Virus record (IMG/VR): IMGVR_UViG_3300033144_005408
Location: 2,107-66,106 of that record
DNA length: 64,000 nt
Source: a virus
Taxonomy: Duplodnaviria > Caudoviricetes
Strand: one strand, 5' to 3'
In this document: piece after piece, positions 19,255 through 29,227 of the stretch
How the letters are laid out: each line of letters starts with the position of its first letter
Numbering within the stretch: the stretch's first letter is position 1
Position numbers and translations under genes: made by a program
The notes under the pieces: generated by a model
Databases searched by the model: none
Seen by the model: only the letters and a program-made list of their open reading frames with translations
What the model was told of the DNA's origin: nothing

Positions 19255-19602
19255 GATTACAAATATCAAAGCCCCTCCAACAAGTGGCTTACCAACCACA
19301 CCATAAGGAGTCATTGCACTTGCTTTCGGGGCCGTTATAAATTCTTCTTGAATCATGATATAGTTAGTAAGCATTACAAATATAGAACTTTTCTGCCATT
19401 TCTACAACTGCATATTTTCATATCCTTAATTTTTTTACATCAACTTCTACTGTAACAATAATTTTATCCTTTTGAGCTTCCGTGTTAATCACTTTAAGCG
19501 CATTGCCTTTCAGCATAAAGAACCCCACATCGAACACTGTTCTGTTGGGTATCTTTTTAGCTAATCTCTGGATCTTGCGAACTATTTTATCTTCTTCAAT
19601 AC

Positions 19603-20175
19603 TCATGACTCGTTATTTAAAGATTTCTGAAAAACATTAAACACATTTTCAATATCTAATTCTAACTTATCCGACACCTCTGGGTTTACAATAGATTCAG
19701 CCTCTTCAAGTGTCTTAGAGTTTTTTATGTGAACAAATACAGGATGCAAATAACTCCAATCTTCGTACAGAACATAAAATTCTCCATTTGTCTTAAAAGA
19801 TGTGTCAACCCCGATAAGATCAAACAACACCAAGATACTTTCGGTATTCCAAGGCCCCTCATCTAGCTTTGAGATAATATAGTCAATATCGGTATTTTGC
19901 TTACTTATTTGCTCTCTGTTCTTTCTGGCCTTTACAAACAAATGCTCGCCACCTTCGTTAATTAATGTTAGCTGCCATTCGTAATACCAAGAACATTCGC
20001 CACCCGTTTCTGAAAACATTACCGAGTATGAATCCACATCACCACCACCAAACTGATCTGTATAACTACCAACAATGATAGCATCTACATCATTCGTAAA
20101 GTGTGACATGAATTCTCCAAGATCCTTGGCTATATGAACAAGGTTACCTCTTTTGAATTTCTGTTTTTTACTCAT
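19603..20175 (-). CDS. hypothetical protein
   Basis: 190-aa ORF. Confidence 0.55.
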   Translation of the reverse strand: MSKKQKFKRGNLVHIAKDLGEFMSHFTNDVDAIIVGSYTDQFGGGDVDSYSVMFSETGGECSWYYEWQLTLINEGGEHLFVKARKNREQISKQNTDIDYIISKLDEGPWNTESILVLFDLIGVDTSFKTNGEFYVLYEDWSYLHPVFVHIKNSKTLEEAESIVNPEVSDKLELDIENVFNVFQKSLNNES

Positions 20176-20195
20176 TTCTGGAATTATTTAGCCAG

Positions 20196-20477
20196 TTATG
20201 CACGAGGTTGCTTTGTGATGTATTGAAATTCAATACTTTGCTTTACCCCGTTACCATCAAAGTGCTTGTCTATTCGAGCCAATGCCCCTTCTCTGGTTAT
20301 TTGTGGAAACATCATTGTGTTTCTATTCCCATCGTAATCCAGACCAGACCAACCAATAAGTGCTTTAACCTGCGATGTGTATTCTTTCCTCCCGCTTTTA
20401 AATGTTGTAATTTTAATTCTGTATCTCATAGTTCTAGTTTTACTCATTTCCTTCATTTTTAGGATCGTTTTCAGCAA
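20196..20477 (-). CDS. hypothetical protein
   Basis: MRYRIKITTF.. motif. Confidence 0.5.
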   Translation of the reverse strand: MLKTILKMKEMSKTRTMRYRIKITTFKSGRKEYTSQVKALIGWSGLDYDGNRNTMMFPQITREGALARIDKHFDGNGVKQSIEFQYITKQPRA

Positions 20478-20698
20478 TTAACATACCGTCCGTTGTCCAC
20501 ACCTGTGTTACTACCCTAACAGGATCATTAACAACTCCCTCACCCCTTCGCTGGTTGGTTGTTATAATTACTTCTTGGAGTACGGCAGTATCCCACTCTT
20601 GACTAAATTTATTGTCCATTTTCCTCGTTATTATGTTGAATATTCGTTTATTGCTCTATATTCCGTAAGCTTACGGGTACTGGCTAATTAGGCGTAAT

Positions 20699-20917
20699 TC
20701 AACACCTATATAATTCACCAGGCATACCTTCTATAAATTCAGCATTGCATCCCTTTCTACTACATTTAACTTTTGCAGTATGGTTATATTTTTCAATGTA
20801 TTTTAATTTATGTATCCCAATTTTACACCAAAAACTACGCTTAACAATATCTAAATATAATGCCTTATCTTTATTTGTTTTATTGTTTTTCATCATTACT
20901 GTTTTGAATATAAGCAC
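20699..20917 (-). CDS. small Cys/His protein, cassette-like
   Basis: WCKIGIHK...CSRKGC; associated with GTTAAGCGTAGTT / AATTACGCCTAAT. Confidence 0.5.
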   Translation of the reverse strand: MLIFKTVMMKNNKTNKDKALYLDIVKRSFWCKIGIHKLKYIEKYNHTAKVKCSRKGCNAEFIEGMPGELYRC

Positions 20918-21329
20918 TTAACTTCTTCTCTTCTTTTGCCCAGGATATCCGGGAACGCATCATCTCCAGAACGGTTACTGCCCTGTCAAGAATAGGTTTT
21001 AGACCATGAACGGCAGCATACAAAGTCCTTTCTTTCCTAAACTTACTCTCATTGGCCAAAATAGCTTTCTTTGCAGCTATAGGAGCCGAATAGTCGGCAG
21101 TCATATAAGAAACAACACTCCTGGCCTCAAATACCTTGCGAACAACTTCAGCATCAGACAGCTCTTTTCGTTTCTCATAGATATATTCTGCCAGGTAATA
21201 AGCAAATGCAGACAATTTATCCTCCATCTCAAGAATAAGTTCAGGAGAACAATTTGTGCTTTCGGCATAATACCGATCAATCACTTCTTTTATCTCGTCC
21301 AATATCTGTTTCTCTTCGTATTTGATCAT
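20880..21329 (-). CDS. hypothetical helical protein
   Basis: 149 aa, in the recombination operon. Confidence 0.55.
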   Translation of the reverse strand: MIKYEEKQILDEIKEVIDRYYAESTNCSPELILEMEDKLSAFAYYLAEYIYEKRKELSDAEVVRKVFEARSVVSYMTADYSAPIAAKKAILANESKFRKERTLYAAVHGLKPILDRAVTVLEMMRSRISWAKEEKKLSAYIQNSNDEKQ

Positions 21330-21942
21330 TCGTAACTCTTATTTCTGTGTATTTAGCATCCGTCCCATGTGTCTTATAAAGTTCTCCCAGGTCAACATAA
21401 CAAGGCAGAAAACCTACTCCGGGAATCTCCATATTGCAAAGAGAGTCTACTGAGTACCATTCTATAAGTTTCCTGGGAACATATACCGATAGGTTTTTTG
21501 GGAGCTTAGCCTTCTTGTCGTTGCGTACATCATTCAAAAGCCTTATGTGTGCTCCACCTTCCAGCTTTTCACTTATTTTCCTAACAATCTCTCCATAGGT
21601 AAAGTCTATTATCCAAGTGTTCTCAGTTGTCTTGGCGTGGTGCAATACAGTTGCATGATCGCATTCCCAATAATTCTTTATTGTAGTTAAAGAGATGAAT
21701 TCTTTATTATCTTCATTTTTTTCACCCTTTGTTAATATCCTTGAGAATCCTATCGATACATACCTGGGAATAGCATAGTCATGATCTCTGTAAAATTTAC
21801 CCTTGTGATTCTTTGCCCTGGTGTGCTTGCGGGTTACTCCAAACGAAACAGCGACTATGTACTCAATAACATGAAGCATAGTAATGTCTTTAGCTTCTAT
21901 ATTGCCAAAAAACCTTATGATGTTAACAACTTCATTCGTCAT
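21277..21942 (-). CDS. DnaA C-terminal (domain IV)-like DNA-binding protein
   Basis: IVAVSFGV...AIPRYV...SLTTI....DHATVLH. Confidence 0.6.
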   Translation of the reverse strand: MTNEVVNIIRFFGNIEAKDITMLHVIEYIVAVSFGVTRKHTRAKNHKGKFYRDHDYAIPRYVSIGFSRILTKGEKNEDNKEFISLTTIKNYWECDHATVLHHAKTTENTWIIDFTYGEIVRKISEKLEGGAHIRLLNDVRNDKKAKLPKNLSVYVPRKLIEWYSVDSLCNMEIPGVGFLPCYVDLGELYKTHGTDAKYTEIRVTNDQIRRETDIGRDKRSD

Positions 21943-22007
21943 CTTGCTTTGATTACTTAGTTAGATAGTGGGTGAAGGATGTCTAATTACAACCCTCACC
22001 CGTTGCT

Positions 22008-22961
22008 CTATTGTGAAGAACTCTGTTTTGGAGGCACAGGCTTCTTAACTGGCTCTTTTACCGGAACTGGCTCAGGCTGCTTAGACTCCATTGGATGAGC
22101 TTCTTTAGTGGTTCCTGGCTCTGGAACAGCCTTTTCTTCCACTACTTCAGCATCCACAATAGTATCATCCACAGGACCATCTTCATCGAAAGGATGAGTT
22201 TTGTCGTGATCCTGGGCTTTTTTCCAATCCTCCACATCCTCTTTCTCGTAAATAGCCTCAGTTTCCATAGCCTTAAGAACGCTATCAGAGATCCCGGTCT
22301 TTGGTAATGATTTGAATCCCCAATTAAGGATGGTTTTTTTCATCATCTCTTCTTCATCAGTATCCCAGGGAGATCCTTTGCCTGATTTCACAGCCTCGCT
22401 GCGTTTCTTAATCTCTTCGATACGGGCAACATCCATTACTCCAAAAGGCTTTTCACCATTATGGAGAATAGCTTGCCAGTAACCACCAACAACCTTACCT
22501 CTATCACCAAAATACTTAGGCTTATGATATAGTTTACGGTCACTGCCTCCGACAGCATCAAACTCATCATTCTCATAAACAAGTTCCACCCATACATCTT
22601 TGACCATCCCGGAACGTATGACAATCTCCTTCTTTCCCATGTAGGAAGCCATGAAATACATTTTACCCTTCCTTGGGATTAGATAACCTAATTTCAGCTC
22701 TGGATTCAATGTAAGCCCTGTAAGAGCCACATTAATTACAGCATCAAGAACAGACTGCTTATCCATCTTGGCAAGGAATTCATTCTTGCGAATAGCTTGC
22801 ATAGCAAACCCGGCTTCCTTATTAAACTGTTCTAAGGTTCCTCCTGCTGCCAGGAATCCTTTTTGAGCCCTCACCTGAACAATGGTAGGGATGGCCATTT
22901 GTGAAATGTCTTTTTTCACTACTGCTGTTGATTGTTTTTCTTTATCCATCTTTGTTATCAT
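22008..22961 (-). CDS. recT: RecT-family single-strand annealing protein
   Basis: GLTLNPELKLGYLIP, SYMG, VYENDEF, SPWDTDEEEMMKKT. Confidence 0.9.
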   Translation of the reverse strand: MITKMDKEKQSTAVVKKDISQMAIPTIVQVRAQKGFLAAGGTLEQFNKEAGFAMQAIRKNEFLAKMDKQSVLDAVINVALTGLTLNPELKLGYLIPRKGKMYFMASYMGKKEIVIRSGMVKDVWVELVYENDEFDAVGGSDRKLYHKPKYFGDRGKVVGGYWQAILHNGEKPFGVMDVARIEEIKKRSEAVKSGKGSPWDTDEEEMMKKTILNWGFKSLPKTGISDSVLKAMETEAIYEKEDVEDWKKAQDHDKTHPFDEDGPVDDTIVDAEVVEEKAVPEPGTTKEAHPMESKQPEPVPVKEPVKKPVPPKQSSSQ

Positions 22962-23931
22962 TAAAAAATTCTGTTTTCACTTTGTTCTTATACCATCCCG
23001 GAACATGAGACTTTGCAAAACGCTTTCCTTTCCAATCAGGCTGTATAAATACCGAATAGCCTGAGTATTCGTTGTTCTCCAAGCACCACTGATGCTGTCT
23101 TAGAAGTTTCATAAATATCTGGCCACCTTCATTCAGTTTAATGTCATCATTACCAAGCAATTCAATAGCCCAAGGAGAAGCGTCTATAATATTGAAATCA
23201 TATGGAGGCACATTTTCCTGGGCAACCCAAAAGAACTTTCTCCATTTGCCAGTTATGATCCTGTCAAAATACTGATACATAGCTGCCGAAATATGATAGC
23301 CATATTCAATAATTACCTTCTCAAAGTTCTCAGGTTTTGGTAACTGAAATCTTGTTTTCTTCCAATCAACAATCTTGTTCCGAGTTTTAAGGTCTGTTCG
23401 GAACTTATAAAAGCCTCCTTCGTGCTCACAGAAATGAGACTGTTCGGCTTTGCCAATATTTAAAAGATGGCGAATAGAAGGAGAGTAATGTTTACTTCCT
23501 GTCATGAGCTCTCCTGCCATGTTACGAGCTGTATCAATCAATTCAGCATCACAAATCTTTTTACCGGGATTCCTGGCCAATAGATCATTGTATTGCTCCG
23601 TGTAGGCTATTTCATATTTAGCCGAAGTATATCCATATGGCTTATTTGTTGATTGATTAATTGGAGGCTTAAAATCAAATGAGATCCAAGGAAAACTGTG
23701 CTCACTACCAAAATTAGTATAGCTTTCCATCAGGTCATGGTAAACAGTGCCTTCCAACATAGCATCGGTCTGTTTCTTTAGCTCCGGGTGAAGCCTTGCA
23801 AATTCAGCATAGTTTGGAGATATGAGGTAGTTTTTCAGGGAAGTGGAAGAAATATAATCTCTATACTTTTCCCCTCTGTGATATTCCTCGTTGGAAATCT
23901 CTGATGGTAGTGATATGTAGGGTAGATTCAT
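22942..23931 (-). CDS. RecE/ExoVIII-like PD-(D/E)XK exonuclease (DUF3799-like)
   Basis: NEEYH, ISSTSLK, GTVYH, KFRTD, IVDWKKT, YGYHISAAMY; adjacent to recT. Confidence 0.8.
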   Translation of the reverse strand: MNLPYISLPSEISNEEYHRGEKYRDYISSTSLKNYLISPNYAEFARLHPELKKQTDAMLEGTVYHDLMESYTNFGSEHSFPWISFDFKPPINQSTNKPYGYTSAKYEIAYTEQYNDLLARNPGKKICDAELIDTARNMAGELMTGSKHYSPSIRHLLNIGKAEQSHFCEHEGGFYKFRTDLKTRNKIVDWKKTRFQLPKPENFEKVIIEYGYHISAAMYQYFDRIITGKWRKFFWVAQENVPPYDFNIIDASPWAIELLGNDDIKLNEGGQIFMKLLRQHQWCLENNEYSGYSVFIQPDWKGKRFAKSHVPGWYKNKVKTEFFNDNKDG

Positions 23932-23953
23932 GATTTAGGTTTTTTTAAGCATA

Positions 23954-24174
23954 GCAACCTTTTTTGGGTGATCTTACCCAGTTTAGGAAATTGCATTGAT
24001 AACTTCCTACTAGCAGAATCCGAACAGCCCTATTGGGTAAGAGTACAACGATAGCTTTGTATAATAATATCACCCACTTGGTTGACAGGTTGCCGACCAG
24101 AGCCAAGATTTTTCGCTTGTTGTAATTCGATCCGCTGATGCCTTTTGATAACTGGTAGCCGTTTTTCAACCAGT
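23954..24174 (-). ncRNA. candidate structured RNA
   Basis: nested helices 23954-60/24087-93, 23965-72/24069-76, 23973-80/24034-41, 23984-92/24001-09 (G-U on - strand), 24044-48/24057-61, 24151-56/24169-74. Confidence 0.5.
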
Positions 24175-24342
24175 AGATGCCCCAAAAATATCGAATGGAG
24201 TGTAGCATTATGCCTAAAGGTAGGAACATAAAATCCACCCAATAAATTGGGGCAATACTGATATATGTTAATGAAATTAAACATAACGCTACAAATGCAA
24301 TGTACGGATAATTTCTTATTTCACAAATATATTTCAATGGAA

Positions 24343-25425
24343 TCATTTTACTTGGTCTAACATTTCATCCAGACGCAAAACAATCACTTCTTGCAAGCTA
24401 ATACAGAAGTCACCATAGAACTTTTTCCAGTACTCACTTTTAAAAGGAAGATCAGGAAGCAGGCCATTATTATTCAAGAGCTTTTCTTTTTGAATCTCAA
24501 CCTCTTCTTTGATTTGCGCCTTATCAGCATCCTCAATAAGTTCTTTCCCTAGTTCTACTGAGGTTTTCTCAGTATCTTTTTTAACCACAATTGGTTTGTG
24601 TGGCAGTGGAGGCATTTTCTTAATCTTACTGTCGCCTCTCTCATCAGGAACCTGTGGAGTAGCAGCTAATTCAGCCTTTAACTCCTGAATCTTCTTGGAT
24701 ATAGCAGCCTTTAGAGCCTCAATATCTAAATCACCAGGAGCATCAGCACCAAACACATCTTTAAACTGTTCTCTGGCATCAGCAAGCTCTTTAGCCAACA
24801 AAGCCTCTTTCTCTCTCATAATCTGTTCTTCTTGCTCAATCCTACGTGCCTCAGCCTCTTTCTTTAGTGTCAGAATATTGCCAAGTTGACCAAGTAAAAT
24901 ACCCCGTTCTCTTTCAGCATCAAGAACCAGATCACCATATTCTTTTTTTGGAAACTCTTTGGCTTTAATATCTTCAACATTTTGGCGAAGACGCTCAATG
25001 GATTCTTCGGGATTGTATTCATACAAATCCCTCCACACCTGAATCTTATCCCGGATCTTCTGTAGCTTTTCTTGTTTGATACGTTCCTTTTCAGCCTTCT
25101 CATCAGCCTTCTTGGTTTCATAAACCTTGATAGTAGAATATAGCTCACTCTTACGCTCTTCCAGAGGACCAGACAGCTCTTTGGCAATCTCATCAATCTG
25201 TTTGGCCTTATCTAAAAAAGGAGCTTTAATTTCTTTTCGTTTTACCTCAATAGCGGTAATAACTTTCTGAATATTTGCTCTGGTTTTCTTCACAGCAACA
25301 TGAGAGTTACTATCAACAATAACCATATTCTCAGAATCCTTGAGAAGTTTCTCGATCTCCGCTTTGGGAACATTGAATTTTGCAAGTTGATCTGTGGGCT
25401 TGCCAGGTTGCTTTAATGTTGTCAT
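24343..25425 (-). CDS. coiled-coil protein, DUF1351-like
   Basis: KKTRANI.K...IEVKRKEIKAPF...K.IDE; upstream of recE-recT. Confidence 0.6.
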   Translation of the reverse strand: MTTLKQPGKPTDQLAKFNVPKAEIEKLLKDSENMVIVDSNSHVAVKKTRANIQKVITAIEVKRKEIKAPFLDKAKQIDEIAKELSGPLEERKSELYSTIKVYETKKADEKAEKERIKQEKLQKIRDKIQVWRDLYEYNPEESIERLRQNVEDIKAKEFPKKEYGDLVLDAERERGILLGQLGNILTLKKEAEARRIEQEEQIMREKEALLAKELADAREQFKDVFGADAPGDLDIEALKAAISKKIQELKAELAATPQVPDERGDSKIKKMPPLPHKPIVVKKDTEKTSVELGKELIEDADKAQIKEEVEIQKEKLLNNNGLLPDLPFKSEYWKKFYGDFCISLQEVIVLRLDEMLDQVK

Positions 25426-25745
25426 TATTTTATTAGATATTTAGTAGTTCGTCTATAAATCTTTGGTGAAACTCAATACCTCTAAACATAGCCTCATTAA
25501 TCTCATCGTAGCAATAAGGAACATCCTCTTGCTCTACCTCGATAGGCTCTATGATTACTGGTAATTTAGAGATAACGGGGCTTTCTCCAAATATTTCTGC
25601 GTCAGTGATTTTGCTTTGATGTTTTGACATAATTATTTAATATTCCGGTTCATATTCATTAGCCTGATCAAACATATTATCTAACTCGTCTTGAGTCAAA
25701 TCATCATCTCTCTCATTAATAGGAGAAAGAGGACTGTGCATAAGA

Positions 25746-26039
25746 TCATAAATTGGGTCCATCTGTGCTTCTCCTTAGTTTTTCTACCAACTCAAAAAAC
25801 TCATCTCTGCGCTGAATGATAAGCTCAAGTAATTCCAGAGCCTCAATACCAGCAGCCCTACCATTAAGAGCATTGTATATTTTATCCTTGGAGATATTCT
25901 CATCTTTGGCTATCCGGGAAACTAGCCCCTTTGGGAGAGATGCTTTGAGTTTAGTAAGATTAATTTTATTTGCCATACTTTTTATTTGCTTGTAAAGATA
26001 CAAACTTTGAACAACAAACATACAAAAAATAATTAACAA
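25746..26039 (-). CDS. HTH transcriptional regulator (start probably MANKINL)
   Basis: LPKGLVSRIAKDENISKDKIYNALNG; first gene of the leftward block. Confidence 0.55.
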   Translation of the reverse strand: MLIIFCMFVVQSLYLYKQIKSMANKINLTKLKASLPKGLVSRIAKDENISKDKIYNALNGRAAGIEALELLELIIQRRDEFFELVEKLRRSTDGPNL

Positions 26040-26050
26040 TACAATACCTA

Positions 26051-28648
26051 TTACCTCATTTTTCGTGTGAATCTAGGCAAGTAGTTGATATCCAGATGAG
26101 TAATTTCAGTATCCTGAGACAACTGACCTGCAAACACCACAATAAAGCTCTTTGCGCTAACAAGGCTCCTGTTTAGCTCGTAGTCATCAAACTCACCATC
26201 TATCTGCCTACCTTGTAATAGATTATAGGTTTTGTTGTCCTGAGTACCGAAAAGATATAGCCCCACAAAGGTTTCGTCTTTCACAACAAAATATCCTCTT
26301 AATATCAGCCCCAGGATTTTCTTGTTTCCGGGTTCTAATTTGAATGGTCTGGTTTGGATCAGAACTTCAGGATAAATGGTGGTGTCTTCATCGGACATAT
26401 CATATAATACAGTATCATTGATGCCTATAAATCCGGGATAGTTGTTTAAGAACTGGTCCCATGTGTCAGATATCTTGTGCCAGGTAGAAGTCTTCAGGTT
26501 AAAAACGTAGCTGTAAACATCACTTGATGTGCTTCCACTACTATCATCAGGATTAGAGACAATGATTTCCCTGTTAACCTGGTCATAAGCAAAGATCGCT
26601 GTGGTAAGAAAGTTTCTGAATCTGATAGCCGTTACTTTATTGAATAACTCCACAAGAAAGATGTTGCTCAAAAACGTCTCGTAATCGTCATGCGAGGTAA
26701 GGTGTTCAGATACCTTTCCTTCAATAGGATCACTGATATCCTCAATGTTTCGGGATGCAATCACTTTTAACCCGTCACTCGTTGCAAATAAGACACTCTG
26801 GCCCAAAGAAAGGATTGAAGCAGCGTTAACACACACTTCTCTGCTGATAGGCTGTATCGATTGATAAAGCACTAATCCGGATCCTTGTTGCATGGTCCAA
26901 ATACCTTTTGATGTGAAGACGTATAGCGGATAAACCCCAAACTGACCCTCAGAGACAGGTTCTCCCATTGCAGCAAGACCAAGGACAATGTTTTCTTTGT
27001 CGTCCACCCTGTAAGAATTACCTGCTGGCATGACAAAGATGTTGTTTGTCTCAGATACCTGAACCCGGTTGGTGTCTTCGAGCTTATTACTTTCGGATTC
27101 AGGGGATCCGGGTGTTCCTGAGTCAGTAGTTAGAATCTGAATAAACCTGTAAGTATTTACAGTGCTATTGTAGTTGGCATAATAAGAAAAGTTGTAGAAC
27201 GGATGGGAGATAAGATCGTAACTATAAAACAACTCATAGGTACTCGCTCCATCAAATTGCCAAACCTCCATCTTGTACGCTCTGTCATCAGGATAAGAAA
27301 GGATTGAGTTTAAAAAATAAGCATGCTCTCCAGCTCCAATATCTTCAAATCTTTCAATATAATCAGGCTCATACTGAATAACCTTTTCCCCCTGGTCTGT
27401 ACGTAAGAACACCTTAAATATAAATGGCGTCACTTGTTGCACATCCAGATCTGGCAGAAACGAGGTGTATGAAAACACCGATCCCTGTGCTTGCCATAGA
27501 AAACAATCTAGTGCATCACCAAGGATAGTGGTAGTGTTCCCCATATGAAGCCTATTGTTAAACAAAAGAGACCTTATCCCAAAGATAGAGTGATTAGAAT
27601 AATTATCTACTGGTAACGCTGTCTTGCTTACTAAATTCGCTATATCTGAGAGGTCTGGATAATATTCAGAAGTTGTTCCGGTAACGAGATCATCAAAAGC
27701 TATTTCATGTACCAGATAATACCCTGAATCGGCTATCAAACCAGAAACACCTCCATTCTGCTTGGGCTGTATTTCTATTACTGGTGGTGGATATTGGTAA
27801 TTTCCAATGTGCCAATGCGAGACAGGTCTGGTCATAAATACACATAGACTAACAATAATTCCTTCGTAACCAGAAAGAGTATCTGAAGCAGCAAATTTTA
27901 ATCTTAATTTTGGCCTGTCAAAATACATTTCGGTAAATTTAAAATCAGATCCACCGGGCTGCGTTATTTGTATGGGGTTGGTTAATGGAGCATCACCAAG
28001 ATAAAGATGATATGGCTGTGAATGGTGTATATAGCTTCCATCTATCATTTTGTATGCTAACCTAAACAATACATTACCCTCAATGTACCCTTCAGCATTA
28101 AAACCTGCGACTGACTCATAATAATATCCTTCAGCTTCTTCCATCGTGCTCCCTGTCTTCGCAGTAGCCGGAGACGAAGCACTTGCGTCCTGCAAGAATT
28201 CAACCCTCGGCCTTGGAAGATCCCTTAGCCTCATATAGGTATCTGTTGAAGCCTCGTACTTACACAAGTAATAATAATAAGATCCATTGTATTCAGTGAC
28301 ACATCTAAGAATTGTTCCTAAGTGGTCAATAAGAACAACTGTCTCTGCCTGAACAGCAAAACTTAGAAACTGTGCCTCAAAAGTATTGTCGTGGATAACA
28401 CAAAGACCACCAGCCCCTATTTCTGATCCAACATAATACCCATCAGGCAAAACAGGGTGTTTGTAAATATTATCAAAATTACTCAGAGACCCTAAAGTAT
28501 ATAGCTCTTCTTTGTCACCAACCGGTCTCCATGCTTGATTAACGAACCTGGCATTAATTATCTCTTGACAATTGCCGTCCTCAGATACTTTATCCGGACT
28601 TGTTCTGTTTATTCCTTTTATAGGGATTGACACTCTTTTTGATTCCAT
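26051..28648 (-). CDS. tail tubular / stabilization protein
   Basis: KGINRT..DGNCQEIINAR N-terminus; SEGQFGVYPLYVFT..GIW; TRPFKL; 865 aa beta-rich. Confidence 0.7.
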   Translation of the reverse strand: MESKRVSIPIKGINRTSPDKVSEDGNCQEIINARFVNQAWRPVGDKEELYTLGSLSNFDNIYKHPVLPDGYYVGSEIGAGGLCVIHDNTFEAQFLSFAVQAETVVLIDHLGTILRCVTEYNGSYYYYLCKYEASTDTYMRLRDLPRPRVEFLQDASASSPATAKTGSTMEEAEGYYYESVAGFNAEGYIEGNVLFRLAYKMIDGSYIHHSQPYHLYLGDAPLTNPIQITQPGGSDFKFTEMYFDRPKLRLKFAASDTLSGYEGIIVSLCVFMTRPVSHWHIGNYQYPPPVIEIQPKQNGGVSGLIADSGYYLVHEIAFDDLVTGTTSEYYPDLSDIANLVSKTALPVDNYSNHSIFGIRSLLFNNRLHMGNTTTILGDALDCFLWQAQGSVFSYTSFLPDLDVQQVTPFIFKVFLRTDQGEKVIQYEPDYIERFEDIGAGEHAYFLNSILSYPDDRAYKMEVWQFDGASTYELFYSYDLISHPFYNFSYYANYNSTVNTYRFIQILTTDSGTPGSPESESNKLEDTNRVQVSETNNIFVMPAGNSYRVDDKENIVLGLAAMGEPVSEGQFGVYPLYVFTSKGIWTMQQGSGLVLYQSIQPISREVCVNAASILSLGQSVLFATSDGLKVIASRNIEDISDPIEGKVSEHLTSHDDYETFLSNIFLVELFNKVTAIRFRNFLTTAIFAYDQVNREIIVSNPDDSSGSTSSDVYSYVFNLKTSTWHKISDTWDQFLNNYPGFIGINDTVLYDMSDEDTTIYPEVLIQTRPFKLEPGNKKILGLILRGYFVVKDETFVGLYLFGTQDNKTYNLLQGRQIDGEFDDYELNRSLVSAKSFIVVFAGQLSQDTEITHLDINYLPRFTRKMR

Positions 28649-29105
28649 GAGCTATATTGTATTGTTGTTCAATATTCGTAAAGTAGTTATGTATCTGCTT
28701 AGGAGATTCTGGCTGTTTTCCTGATGTAATATTATTTATGGTCCCAAGAAGATCACCTAACTTTTTAACATCTTTTGCCTGGGTAACAACATCAATAAGT
28801 TTGTTAACGGTTTTTTCTCGCAATGTTTTGACCAATAGCATAAATCTATCGTCAAGAACATCCTCTGTCTCCATTATCTCCGCAGTGGTAACTTCCTCCA
28901 CCTTGGTTTCATAACTTTCCCTGTCAACAAGCTCCTTGTGGGTGTCGTCTCCATACTTTTCACTCCATCGTCTTAGTGTCGTTATGGGTATTCCAAGAGC
29001 CTTGGAGGTCATGCCAAATCTGTTCTGATTAGCGATCAGAAGCAACAAAGATTTCTTGATTTTCTTTGTGTCAACCTCTTTTTTGGTCTTACTGATATTG
29101 CCCAT
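28590..29105 (-). CDS. HTH protein, possible terminase small subunit
   Basis: TSKALGIPITTLRRWSEKY followed by helical segments. Confidence 0.4.
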   Translation of the reverse strand: MGNISKTKKEVDTKKIKKSLLLLIANQNRFGMTSKALGIPITTLRRWSEKYGDDTHKELVDRESYETKVEEVTTAEIMETEDVLDDRFMLLVKTLREKTVNKLIDVVTQAKDVKKLGDLLGTINNITSGKQPESPKQIHNYFTNIEQQYNIAHGIKKSVNPYKRNKQNKSG

Positions 29106-29138
29106 GATTCAAAAATATACCAATTATGGGAGAATTCC

Positions 29139-29174
29139 CTGTTTATTAACCTGAATTTTACGATTAATAAACAG
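29139..29174 (+). promoter_or_regulatory. putative late-gene regulatory site 1
   Basis: CTGTTTATTAA-N14-TTAATAAACAG inverted repeat; boxes shared with 59302-59340. Confidence 0.55.
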
Positions 29175-29227
29175 AACTAAGTCAGAAAAATGACATATTT
29201 TAGTCCTGTATATCAAAACTCATTGTC

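Noticed and set aside
24100-24185. tmRNA (- strand starts GGGGCATCTACTGG)
   Set aside because: No T-arm or matching CCA-type acceptor 3' end found
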